Origin: Yuukianura sp. NJ FZ-2021
Lineage: Eukaryota
Direction of reading: 5' to 3'
NCBI GenBank assembly: GCA_046563655.1
Contig: CM102290.1
Span: 11,408,001 to 11,472,000, forward strand
DNA: 64,000 bases
The notes beneath the pieces were generated by a model. It made no database searches, was not told where the DNA came from, and saw only the letters and a list, made by a program, of their open reading frames with translations. The position numbers and the translations under genes are program-made. Every line of letters begins with the position of its first letter. Positions within the stretch are counted from its first letter, which is position 1. Positions 1 through 12,761 of this stretch are shown here, piece after piece.

Positions 1-1872
1 AAAGCAAATTAAGATTAACAGGCTGCAACAACATCAGGAGGGCTCATTTTGATTCAAAATCAGAGCAAATCTTCAAACCAACTTACATCATACACAATCT
101 TACAACAATTTATGATTCAATTTTTTTTTGGCAAATGCTCGTTAGTCGTCTGCAATACGTCTATAACTGCGTTGACTACTGCTATTCTGAGCACATGTGT
201 AACGTAACTAGTTTTGCAAAACCAGAGCAAACATGTTCTAGGAATTTGGCATTGGACACATGAGTCTCACCGCAGGCTAAAGAATTTTTGTTAATTATAT
301 AAAAATTCCATTTTTTTTAGTTTTTGATTAATCTAATTTTCTGTATTTTTTTTTCATAAATCTTGGTATGTTGAAAATGACAAGTGTGAGAACGGCTGAA
401 AAGGTTTGTGCTGGACAATTGGTGTGTTATAAAGCCACTGCATGGCTTCCTGATTCCTGATTCCTGAAACAGAGTTATAATGAAGACAGGTTATGCCGGA
501 TCAAAAAGCCGCTGGGGGAAACGATCAAACAACTTCATCGATCGATTCGATGGAATTGGAAACCTTGGCTAAGAAACTATTCATCAATCAACATCTTCAG
601 GCACTGGAAAATTAAGTGCTTTAATAAAGGTCACTAATCCACACAAAAAATTAGCAGTAACAAAGTGAAAAAAAATGCAAAATATTTGTAACTTAAACGC
701 AGAAATTATTGATTTTCATTTTTCTGAAAATTTTTCCTGTCGGAACTAATGTTCAATGCTCACTAAAATGTTCAATGCATTTTCATTCTTGAATTTAAAA
801 AGCAAGATTCAGTTGAACATGACGTTTTTAGATTTTGACGTGTGTTAAAGATTTATAGGATACGTTGATCAAAATATTTGGTTTTCAATTTTAAACTTTG
901 ATTTGTTTGTTCAAGTACCAATTTTGAATTCGAACGTTCCTTAGTAGAAAGTACGCTTAGCATAAAGTGTTATACCAAGTAAAATACTATATTTAAAAGT
1001 TGCATTTCATGAAAAGTAGAGCAGGAGAAGTTGGAAAACATAGACGAGGTGGACAAGATAACTTTTATGGACATACGAATAGTTTGACAAGAAAGTTGCA
1101 TTTGTTAGTGCCAATTAGTGGCACTCTAGGAAGAATGACATTTTTCCAAAAATTGACAGAAACCAACACAATTTGGCGTTCAAGTATCAATAGTCCCATC
1201 CAATTTTCAGCAGCTCCAAAATTTTTTGGTTGTCTTTGGCATTTATGGGAGTCAAAGGCGCCTGCACCCTCTTCTTGTTGAGGCCACTTGAGCTGTCAAA
1301 ATGATTGTGTTGAATGTCATGAAATACCAAAGTTGTTGAAACTGCATTCCCTTCCATCATTTCAAATCAAAACAACAACAGCGACAACATTATCAACTGC
1401 AATTAACAATTAACACCCTCCAACAACATGGGCATGGCAAGGAACACTGTCGATGGGAAGCTTATTGCACTTGGGGTAGGTAAGGAAAACAAGTCAAGGG
1501 CACCACTTCATTAAACATTTTGAGGAACTTCTTTTTAAATTTCGACTACAACAACAATATTTTTTTCAAAAAAAAAAATTACTAGAAATTTACCGCCCAT
1601 ATTAACAAAAAATGTATTCCTATGTGATGAGAAAAACCAGTGTGAATATTGGTTAGCCTCACACGCTAATTTACAAAACCGAAATTCCACATTTTCGGTA
1701 AAATTGCTGTCGATTCCATATTTTACATAGTTTATAATAGTTTTCGGTAACTTCAACATTTTTTGTTTCGAAATACTCAACAACATTTACGATTCACCAT
1801 TCATGCATGTGTCACGTGTTGGAATTGGTACAGTACAGGGTTGAAGTAAGGCAAGGTTCGTTGGTAATTAAC

Positions 1873-2259
1873 CAGTGTTGGTGGATACTTACTTTTTCGA
1901 CATTTCATCCATTGTTGGATATCCACTGAAACAAATGGACGAAATGGATGAATCCAAAGGGGCGGAGCTTTGCCCGCGGGGTTTGAATTAATTAAATACA
2001 AAAATTTAAAATAAAGAGCAAAAACGAAGGAAACATCGTATTTAAATTAGTTTTAAAGGAATAATTAATTTTAACGGTGAAAAAATAGTTTTTCATATTA
2101 TTTTGTAATTATTATTTTGAATTTTTTTGAATTTCGCGCTAAATTTTTGATTTATTCCATCCACTTATAGTTTCGTCCATTTTAGAGACATTTCTTCCAG
2201 TGGATATCCAGTGGAAGTGGCAATTAAGCCACTGGACGTTTAAGCATCCACCAACACTG
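1873..2259. mobile_element. Degenerate non-autonomous DNA transposon (MITE), hAT-like termini
   Basis: AACCAGTGTTGGTGGATACTT (1870-1890) matches the reverse complement of 2242-2262 at 20/21. A second inner inverted block (TGGATATCCACTG..AAATGGACGAAA) is also present. Interior is AT-rich and non-coding. The putative 8-bp TSD is only half conserved (TAATTAAC vs GTTGTAAC). Confidence 0.6.
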
Positions 2260-5200
2260 GTTGTAACCGTCCAGGAAACCACTACTGATTGCAGTTTCAG
2301 CATTTGCTTCAAGTACTTAAGGCTAGCCATGGTAGTCACAGTATTCGGTTGAAGCGTGCATTGTAAACACCATGTAACCGCCAATACTAGTTGTGGTATA
2401 CATATGGTTGAAGTATACATTGTATCCATCGATGTGGTAACAATGTTGTACGTACAGTGAAGAATAGCAAATGCTGTCATAACTGAATGCGGTTCGACCG
2501 TACTTCAGCCAAGCATTGTTGAAATGAAACAATCGAAATTGTTTTTAGCAAAAGTCGATCAGGAATTGTTGCTTAATTTATTACCCAAAAATTTCTTAAT
2601 TGAACTTCGGGAAATTGTTTAATTCCTATTAAATTTGCAGTCGTAAAATTAGCACATTAACTTTTACACTTAAGTTGGATTGAATACATTTCTGCTTTTA
2701 TTTGTAAAATAGTAAATCAATTGATCTCCAAACCTTCATCCCTTCCAAATCCAGTTCTCCCAAACAAAGGAGACTTCATAAACATTTGAATAGGATCTAC
2801 AAGTCCGGATGAATAAATCAACACAGGACTATTAAATCTCTTTATCTTCTCACCTCATCCAAGGTCTTCTGCCACATCAAAACTTGCAAAAAACTTAGAA
2901 AAAATAAAAACATCAAAAACATTTTAAAAAAGCCAATTAAAAACAGAAATTTTAGAAAATTAATCTGTACTTGAACGCCAAAGTTTCATCGAATCGGTTG
3001 GTTTTTGTTGCTCATAGTTCGAATCCCTGGCAAATTCTTTTCAGATTTCGTTTACTCCTGTGCAGATTGTGGGGAATGTTTGAACGCATGCGTCGATTGT
3101 TGTATTTTGATGATTTTTATTAAATTGCCGGAGGTGACAGAGGTTCAATTAGATTTGAGTTAAGATCTGCTGGTATTTGTCCTTCTACCATATTCCCATC
3201 TCTCCTAGGGATAATGGAAGGCTAATTGTGATCTAATTTTAGGCCCAACAAGTAATTGGACCACACGCCATGGATGATGCAAGGCAGATTCAAAATTTCC
3301 CTCTCTTTTCCCTTCCAATTTGAAGAAGTGGTGGGCAGTGGACAGGCAGTGAGTGAGGAGGATAATTAATCGACGGCTAATTAGGAAACATTGTTTCTGA
3401 ATCAGAGTTGGGCACATTTTGAAAAACAAACGAATTCCTGGTCATTTGGCTCAAGGCTCAAGGACTCTCCAAGGCAAAAAGACAAAAAGAAATAGATGAA
3501 ACTTTGCGTCAACCAATAACAAATGTCACATTCTGCACAGGAACAAAATTTGTCGTTTTTCAAAAGAACAAAAGTTGACCTTCTGTGCGGCAATAAAAAA
3601 AATGCAAGACAACAAGCGAGATTTTGCTGCTGAGCTAAAATTGAGATTTTAGTGAAGGTGAAAGCAATCTCACCTTCTCAATTTTGAGCAATTTGAATTC
3701 AAAAATAATTTTTTACTTTTAAATTTTGAATTTGGCACAATCAATATTAATTTTGAAACGAGGATGGGGAGACTGTTACTCCACAGCAAATCTGAAAGAG
3801 GGGAAAGCAGTAAAGACTTTCACTTTCGCTTAGTTCGCACTGAATGAGATCATTATCCAATTACCAGCCCCTACCCTACGCTTATTGACTTTTCACCTAA
3901 ACAATCAATTTACTCAACATTCATTTCATCAGCATTGCAAAAAGTGAACTAAAAATTTAAAAGAAAAGAGTTTTACGTGAAACCGTGGAACGTAAAAGAG
4001 AAAGTAAATTGGAATTCTTCTGATTTGTGGAATTCAGTTGCTAATCTCAGTTGATCTGTAAATTACAAGGAAAGTTTTAGTTGTGCAGCTTCGATTTTTA
4101 TTTTTGTCTTCCTGGAATCACCAAAAGCTTCTTCCGCAGCACCCGAAATCATCCAGTGTTCCAAGAATTGGCTGAAAGTTGGTTTAGCATGCGCAGGAGA
4201 GTGAAGGACGGAAGCGGAAGGCAGAGCAGCGTTCCTTCTGTGTTTTTTTAAGTTTCCGTTTTCTTGCCGTTCGTGTCTGAGCTTCGTTTATTTTGAGCGA
4301 AGTGTACGGTAAGTTCGTTGGTTCCATTTTATTAATTTGATCACGCGATATGAGAGACTCTCTGTCCAGAAGATCCACCAAAAGTCATCTTCCAACTACC
4401 AAATATCACTCTACTAATTAAATGACTTCCAAGGATCGATTCCCAGCACGTGCACACAGATCATCTCACTACTTACTAAAAAAATAAGAGATCATCCCGG
4501 GATTCGAACTGACGACTACCAAGGTCCCTGGGAGGTCAACATTCAACAGAAAAAAATTGTGCAGGGAAATACTATGCATATTCAATCAAAACCTCTGAAA
4601 AAGCGAAATCCATTTTTTTTAAAAGTCATTCCTAGCCTAACTCTAACTTTTTCAAATTTTGAATTTCAACCAAAAGCACCAATGTTCTACATAAATGCAC
4701 AGTTTGCATCGAAGAAAAGAAATAACTTAAAGAAAAACCTGTGTAAAAATTTCATAGTTTTCTGGATCCAAGGCAAAGAGTAGTGAAAGTCTGTGTGTTA
4801 ACAAGAGGTGAGTTAACAAAGAGATGACGAGAGTAGGTCAAAGGGTCATAAGGGATTGTGCAAGAGCTGAGAGGGTTAAGAGTTCCTTTGTGTTTTGGAA
4901 GAGTGACAAGGGCTAAGGGTCTCCTGGTCGTTGTGCAAGAGCCCTTAGGCTTGTGTTTCCCAGTTACTGGGGAGTCAATTGATTTGGTTCGATTAGTGAG
5001 GCCATTACTTAAGTGTGAGAGTGGTAGATTGGGCAGTTGTCATTTTAAGGCCTAATCCCACTCACTTCCATTCCTCAATCTTGATGGGCCATTGGAAGGA
5101 GGGAGCACTTCAATTGAAACCAAGAGTCCATCAATCATGGTCCTTAACTTCTGGGACGACGCTTCATTGCCACAATTACCAAAGTAAAACAAAGGGCACA

Positions 5201-8200
5201 TCCAACGGGGCTTTGTTCAACGCTCAAAAGCAGAGCATAGCAGCACGAGGAATCAGTTTTGCCTCCAGCGATTGCTGAACAAGGGTAACTATGCTTGCCA
5301 GCTTCCAATTGCAATTCAGCGACGCTAAAGCAGCTTTGTCTGCAGAACAAGCAAAAATGAAGCCCTGCAGTAGCATTTTTGCAAAATCTTTCCTGTTGCT
5401 GCACTGAAATTTTGTTTGAAAAATGTGGGGGCCGAGAAAACACGAAAATTTTAGTTTACAGCAGTACAACCGCTAAAACAAAAACAAATGCGGAAAAATC
5501 TTGAGTTCAAAAATGAAAAACAAATATCAGCAACAGACAACGTAGAAGTTGCGGCAACATTTTCAAAGAAAAGTTGCGGGAATTTTTCAGGAACAGCATC
5601 TCGCAGAAGGCAGAAAAGTTGGAGGAACAGGATCTTCATAGTATAGACTAAAGCGGGAGCCCTTAAGAAGCCTTTTCTGCTGTTCGTTTTCTCCCGCCAA
5701 AGCACAAAAAAGTTGTCTTTATCTCTTACGTTAAATTGGAAAGTAAATCATGATGGCAAATCTCTTTTAACGTCTTTCCACTTCTGACGGCCTCAAAACC
5801 TCTCTGCAGTCTACGTATACACTTTCCATATCTCTCTCTACCATCGGAATGCCATTATTCCTCCATCTTCGTCCGTCCCGCTGTGACCTGACCTTTGACC
5901 CTCCGCCTCCCTACACTTTGATCCACTTATGGACTTGAACCAACTTTTTGTACTTTGGCAGGACAATCAGGAATTTGAACTGTTATGCCTCGGCTATAAT
6001 GGACGAGGCTTGTTAGATCTTCATTCCTCTAATTCCTCCTCATCATCACCTCAAAAACTAATCTTCCAGAATACTCCAGAACGATATTTGCTCAACAGAC
6101 GGATCACAGTAGTTTGCTCCATATTGTCTGTTTGCGTGTCACACGCCACAATATGTACTCTGGAAATGCTTAGAACTAAAGGGGTAGAAGCTCCTTTTCA
6201 ACTTTTCAAATGATATGGCGCTAGAACACCCAATTTAAACTTTCCTGCCTCTTTTCCTAGAACATTGGGCTCCTACAAGTTTGCACAGTGCGCACACCAT
6301 GTAAAGGTTCCAAACTGACTTCCGACAAAAAACATAAAAACAAAAAAGTCAATCCATCTTCTTTTAAGAACGGAAAAAATAAGCCTAAAAGCTTTCAATT
6401 TGATGCTCCGCTCTTACTGTGAAGAATGAAATTGAAATGAATCTGTTCGAAGAACAAAGGAAAAAAAAGTAGATCACGACTCCCTTCAGCCTTCCAGAAT
6501 TTTAGGATGTATGTCAACTCCATTTACAAGATTAAAGACTCTCGTAACATGGTCTTAAGTAAGTGGAAAACAAAAGGAAGTTGTAAAGATCATGTCATCT
6601 CAAAACATCATCACGAAATTGTAATTTAACTTAAAAAATTAAATTTTTAGAGAAAAAAAAACTACATTGCTGAAAACTCTAATAAAAGCCAAAAGTTTTA
6701 GCAAAAGGTTTGGGAAAGCTAAGTTTTAAAAAAAATTAGGTTGGTAAAAATTTTGCTTTTAAGAGAATGTACTACCTACTAAAAGGTAGCTGGAAACAAA
6801 ATCTGAAAAGAGAAAAACATTTTGTTCGTAACTTCAAAATACAATTTTTTTTTGTTTTACAAGAACACTACCAACTGCTAAAATTAACCTTTTGAAATTG
6901 CTATGATTTCTTCACAAGTTACAGTTATGAAAAGTTTGAATTTGTAAGAATAAAGGTTTCAAAAACTTAAAAAAGTTGAAAAAAGTTTGGGTTATGGCGA
7001 AATATTTATTCCAACAGATTTTTTTTTTAATTTAACTTTTGTAGGGTGAAAGCCAATCAAAAATTTTGATAAAACAAAGGCTAGGTTTAACATTGTTTTC
7101 AGTTTGTCAGTTTTCAGTTTTTTAATCCGAAAATTTTTGAACAAGTTTTTGCCTTTTTTGCACATTAAGAATGTTACACGCGCAATCTACTTTTTTTTTT
7201 TTTTGCAAAATTTTTGATGTTGAAATGAGATCTTATCTGCGGAATTGTGCAAGGTCTTGGTATGCTTGTCTGTCAAATATCAAATTTCCTTCCGCGTAAA
7301 CTTTTAACAAATTTCTAGAAGTCTGAATTTTTAAGTTTTCTGACTGACGTGACCCTGAAAGTGACCCGTTTTCAAAAAAATGAACTTAAGGAAGGGGAGG
7401 AGGGAAAATTCAAATCAGAGAGAGAAAAAACATAACTTTAAGCTTGCATTTACTAACGAAATTTTCCCAAAGTCAACATAAATCAAAATTTTCCTACCCG
7501 TGCGCCCTTTTTGCCACCAATTTGTACTGGCGTGTTGCACAAAAGTTCAAATTCAGAGCAAAGTGCTTCAGGGAACCTGGACCCAACATTCAACATTCAC
7601 TTCTGTCCAGTATGAAATGAAATATATGTGTAGGCGTAGGTTAAGGACTTTCGACCTTTGACCTCTACCCGGCAAGAACAAAAAGAAAACATGTTCACCA
7701 TTACACAACAACTTCAGGAAATCTTCAGTTCAAAAGAGTCTAAGAGTTTTTACTTTTTAGATCAATTTTTTTTTTCAAATTTAAGTTTTAGCGGCAATTT
7801 GAAAACAAGAGTTAGTTTAGTTGTGGTTTTGTTTGATCAGGGCATAGTTAAGGGTGGAAAAATGGTGCGTTTTGATTGGTAGTTGAGATTTGAGAGACCA
7901 AGGCGTGGGTTGACCTGGTGGTTAAATTTGAATTTGGCAAAAGGGGATGATTTATGCTTCATTATTTCTGCAGTGGTGCCAATTCAAATTGTGGCGCACT
8001 ATTTCCCAACGTTCAATTTCATTGTCGTTAGCCCCGTACTTGTCAATCTCCCGAATCCATTATGTAACGTTAGAATGCAACTTTTCGGAAGCGGAGTACC
8101 TTCAACTGCTACCCTTGATCTCATACAAAATACCCATACCCACGCGACCTCCAAAATTCAAAGTACCACAAACCCAATTTTTTAAGTACATCACTCACAC

Positions 8201-9033
8201 ACGCCTGCGAGACAAAAAGTCAAAGTTCAGATTCTCAAAATTTCAAATTCCAAAGAATATGTTAAAATAAATTTTTCGAAAACACAAAACGCATCTTGGG
8301 CACCACATCCGGGAAAGAATGTTGTGAAAGTACTTCAAATTTTTTGCTGGTACATTCAATATACTAGTACTGAAAATTCGTTTCAAAAATTTGGAACTTA
8401 GAAAATTAATTTCGATTTATAATAATTGAAATTTTTGACAAAAAAAAGACGTTCACTTTCAATTCTAATAGAGGAAAGTAAAGTTAATTGAGTAAAATAT
8501 TGGAAAACAATGAGGCAGCTACAAAAAGTAACCGATGAAGGCCAAAATTTTGAAATTCGAAACAAAGTTCTTACAAGGAATGCTCCCATGTTTTTTCTGA
8601 ATTTTTGGATTGTGAGGGCATTGGAATTTACGTCGTCTAAAGTTTATTTGCATTAACATAATTTTTGAAATTTTGAAAACACTTGGCTGAATAGTTGGAT
8701 TGCCAAGTAAATTGCGGATCGATACAGATTGTAGATGGAGATGCTTTGTGAAATTTGTGTTGTGGAGGTTTGTGATCTGTGAGGGATGAGTTATTGTTCT
8801 GCTTCTGATGGAATCAATAGGGTGCCTCACAACAATGTAAAATCTGGTTCAATTGTTGTTAAATCTTCCTCCACAACAACAATAACTACAATACCACAAT
8901 TTACCATCTTTTTAGAGCGGGATAATTAATTTACGTTAGAATTTAAATTATGGACTCAGAGATCACTGCTCAATTGTACCTGTATTCTTAATCACTTCCA
9001 CTTTTGCACTGAAAAATGAGTAGTATGAGTTCT

Positions 9034-9123
9034 CGGACGTTTATGAACGGAAATATTATTCACCAATATTGTCATGGACGGACTTTTATGGACGTATAAA
9101 ATTAGTTAAAGTAGTACACGCCT

Positions 9124-9181
<58 letters not shown>

Positions 9182-9270
9182 GCATACTGTTCAACAATTT
9201 CCGTCCAGGAGAGTCATGTTAACTTGTCTTGAAATATTTGGGACTTTAAATTTCCGTTCATGAAAGTCCG
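9034..9270. repeat. Inverted-repeat element (MITE-like) enclosing a (TA)n microsatellite
   Basis: CGGACGTTTATGAACGGAAAT (9034-9054) vs reverse complement of 9250-9270 (CGGACTTTCATGAACGGAAAT), 19/21. No clear TSD, so the true ends are uncertain. Confidence 0.5.
9126..9178. repeat. (TA)n microsatellite, about 26 units
   Basis: Perfect dinucleotide run seen directly. Confidence 0.98.
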
Positions 9271-12092
9271 GTACAAAAACCGACGTTCAGATGCTTTATT
9301 TCGGACTTTGACTTTCCGTGTACAAGTCTCCGGTGGTATGTTGTGCTGGTTGCATTGTTGCTCCTGCGCATTCTAGAATGACGGAACTGCGCATGTGCTC
9401 ATGGTCACTGAGATCATTCATAACAATGGAATTTGTAACAATCGAAGCAAGACAAAGATCCAATTACAATCCAAATGTCTTCCGTCTCTGATTTTCATCT
9501 CCGCATCCTAAATGCTTTCTGTCTGGGACACTCCAAGTGCGGAATGTGGATTGACTCATTTCGGAATTGCTAAATGTTTAAATTTATTTCATAGTCTCCC
9601 GCCCCTTTTCCTCCCTCTAATTAATTGACGTTTAGTTAACAATGCAGTTAACAATGGAAGTCAGACTAGTACAGTCCACTCTTGAACCAAATAAATCAAC
9701 AATGGATCTCAATTTCTCAATTACTTTTCAATTACCTTTGTTCCTCTCTGTGCTTCTCAAGACCTTTAGTCTTAATCTTAATCAGTCTCAACAATTACAT
9801 TTTTTGTGTCATTTAACATTTCATAATCAATCATTCACTTTTCCAAAATATTTCAAGGATACAAAATTTCAAAAATTTACAACGCACTTTTAATAAACAT
9901 TTTTTTTTCGCTACGCTTATATCGTAAAGCTTCAAATAAAACACTTTCCTGTGTTAAGCTCATCTTCAATGTAAGATAGAGAAAAACATAACGTAAATCA
10001 GTAGAGGCGCGTACGTCCAAAGTTATACGTTAAAAAAACGTTACATTTACGTTTTTGTTTTATGTATGAACCAAAAGTACCCTCATGTTACCCAATTACA
10101 AGCTTTACGTTAACCTAAATTTGTATGCCTAACCTAATTAAACTTAATACACGTAATATGTGTTTTGAATTGTACATGACTTTGCGCTACCTGAAGCCTT
10201 AAAGGGAAGACACTTTTGTTTGTTTTTGAAACTTAAGAAATTGAACTAGTTTCTGCAATGCTGCAATTAGTGAAATGCATTTATGAAGTTAATCAGTAGG
10301 CAGCAGAGTTTATTTTGATAATTGCTCCAAAGATTCAACATATCTGGCCAACTATACCCAGGGTTCAGCTCCATTCGAAGCAGTTTTACGGTATCTCGTA
10401 CTCAATCCATTTTGGATTTTTTTTTACTTCGAACAAGAACAAGGAAATTACTGGGTTTGTTCAAAAATGAAAATTTTCTGAATATTGAACTTTTATCTTC
10501 CTTTATTAGAAATAATACGCAGATCATACTGCAGAAAATTTCAGTGTTTTGGTTCGCCTTTTTCAATTTAATTAATTAATTAATTGAATTTTTTTAAAAT
10601 TTACTTAATTTTTTTTATTTTTGGGGTGCGCGGTGGAAGTGCGAGGAAATTTTATGAAGGATTTTTGTTTCTGTATGGATTTCGTGCAGTGCTAAGGTTG
10701 GTGGTCCACAATTTGTTGGAACTCTGGGATCGTTCCAAACCGGTATGTGCCGGTTTCGTTTCGTTTGGAATCGGGGTACCTGGTTCAACCCCTGTATACC
10801 GATGGGTATGAATGCAGTAGAGGTAGAGAATGATTACATTAATTAATGTTTGCCTGGTGATCTCAATTACTCGTAGTGGGGACTTGTTGAATGGATGGAT
10901 GGGTGCTCAAACTGAGTTATCAAATGGTTATGGTTATTAGGCACTTTTCCATTCCTCCCCAAAACACTCCCCTTCATTTACATACATCGCATCTCTACCA
11001 CATCTTGGACCGAACATACCAACAACCAATCAATAAACAACAACAAATTACCAACAATCTACATAACTTAACAACATCATCCTAACAACAATCATCTTAT
11101 GTAGTACTAACCACCGTACAAAGGCATCTCCAACGAAAGTGATCATTTGACTCAAAAGTTATACAATTCCCCACTTCTCCAGAAAAAAACTCTCCAGAAG
11201 ATGCATTTTCATGAAATTTTGATTTTACTTTCCCAGGAATTCACTTTGTTACAGAAAAATTTTCAACAAAAAAATATTTATTACAAGTGTTACGTTTGGC
11301 TAAACTCAAAAAATGAATTTTTTATTATTGAATATTCAGAAATTTTTTTAAATGCTAAAAAATAATTTGCTTTTGTTTCATGCAGGTATGAAACTGTTTG
11401 TGAATTTTTGTGAAAGATTCGCACAAAAATCGAAGAAATGTCGATGATTCTCGTGCAGATTTTTACCAAGTTTAGGTTTGGCTTAGAATGTCCAGGCAGT
11501 GTCTAAAATTTTAAAATTTTAAAATTGAAAAGCTGCACATTTAAAAAAAACTAATGGATAATTCCACTTCCCCGTTTGAGTTTCCGACTAGAAAATGAAT
11601 GAAGGTGAGATGCGGTGTAATTTTCCTAAAATTGGTCCATGAGGAAATCATCCACCTACACGCATTTTTTTTTGTTGCAGAATGAAGTAATTGAGTTAAG
11701 AAGTAGAATTAAGTGGGGGAGGTCCACTTGGATTGGACCTTGGGATCAATTACTTTCATTTGGACAACTACTTACTGTAAAAGATGCAAGTCAAAGGGAA
11801 ATGGACACTGCCTTGGAAACATCAAGTCCACCAGTAACCTAATCATAGGAATTTTAGTTGCTTAATTTAACAATAAAGTAATTAGGATCAACTTACCTGT
11901 AATCATTGTTTCAAATGGAGCTTCACAATGGTCACCTTCAGAGTTATTAGCCTAAATGTTGGTATTTGACAACTCAAAGTAAAGTCAGGACTTTTGTAAA
12001 GGTCAAAGTGCAAAAAAAAATTACCAAAAAATTTTTAATAACTATACTTATACTTTTTAACATAACCTTATTTTACTGCTGTTAGTTATAAA

Positions 12093-12289
12093 CAGGGTTG
12101 CAAAAAATATTTACTTCCCATGCCTGTAATGTTAACAAAATCAATATTTCGAGCATTTTTGTTACAAAATATTTATTTATTTCCCCATGCCCGTAATGTT
12201 AAGCTAGTAAATATTTCGAGCTTTTTCAGTAAATATTGCATTTATTTCAATATTTCGCTGGTTTTTAGTAAATATTTTTTGCAACCCTG
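12093..12289. mobile_element. 197-bp hAT-type MITE
   Basis: Perfect 23-bp TIRs CAGGGTTGCAAAAAATATTTACT. Perfect 8-bp TSD GTTATAAA at 12085-12092 and 12290-12297. Internal direct repeats (CCCATGCC.GTAATGTTAA, AATATTTCG). Confidence 0.93.
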
Positions 12290-12761
12290 GTTATAAAACA
12301 CTAATGAAAAGTATTTCAAAGCAGATTCAACAATTTAGACACAGATTTTGAACTATTTTGTTTTTAACCAATTTTTGAAGATTTAATTTATTTTCGACAA
12401 ATTTTTTAAGATCGATCTTTTACACAAAGTAATCGATTTTTTAGAGACAGTAATCGATTTTTGCAAAAAAGGAGCCATGCTAACTCTACTTCAAAATTAA
12501 TACAAACTAACAGCAAACTTTTTTTTTGAACGATTTTATTAAATTTTTCACCAAGTATACAATTTTTTCATAAAGTAATCGATTTTTGTAAAAAGTATTT
12601 TTTTTGTAAAAATATTCGTAAATTAGTCGTTTTCTTAACATTTGATTGTAAATGCATTAGTTGCTAAACATTGCGATAAATTTAGATTTACGTACGTAGG
12701 TAGAACGTACGTTGTAGTTTGAGTTGATTATTTTGTGTTTTCTGCTTGTTTTTGAGAAGGT

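Noticed and set aside
3016..4520. tRNA B-box-like GTTCGAATCC motifs (about 3017 on +, about 4500 on -; also GTTCGAGTCC about 43741)
   Set aside because: No cloverleaf or A box could be built; at most SINE remnants.
10727..10773. Short hairpin (TTCCAAAC/GTTTGGAA, AAACCGG/CCGGTTT)
   Set aside because: Too short and irregular for a pre-miRNA.
1..12000. Numerous 60-110 aa ORFs
   Set aside because: Low-complexity K/F/N-rich translations of AT-rich DNA, many with non-ATG starts, and no recognisable domains or consistent splice model.
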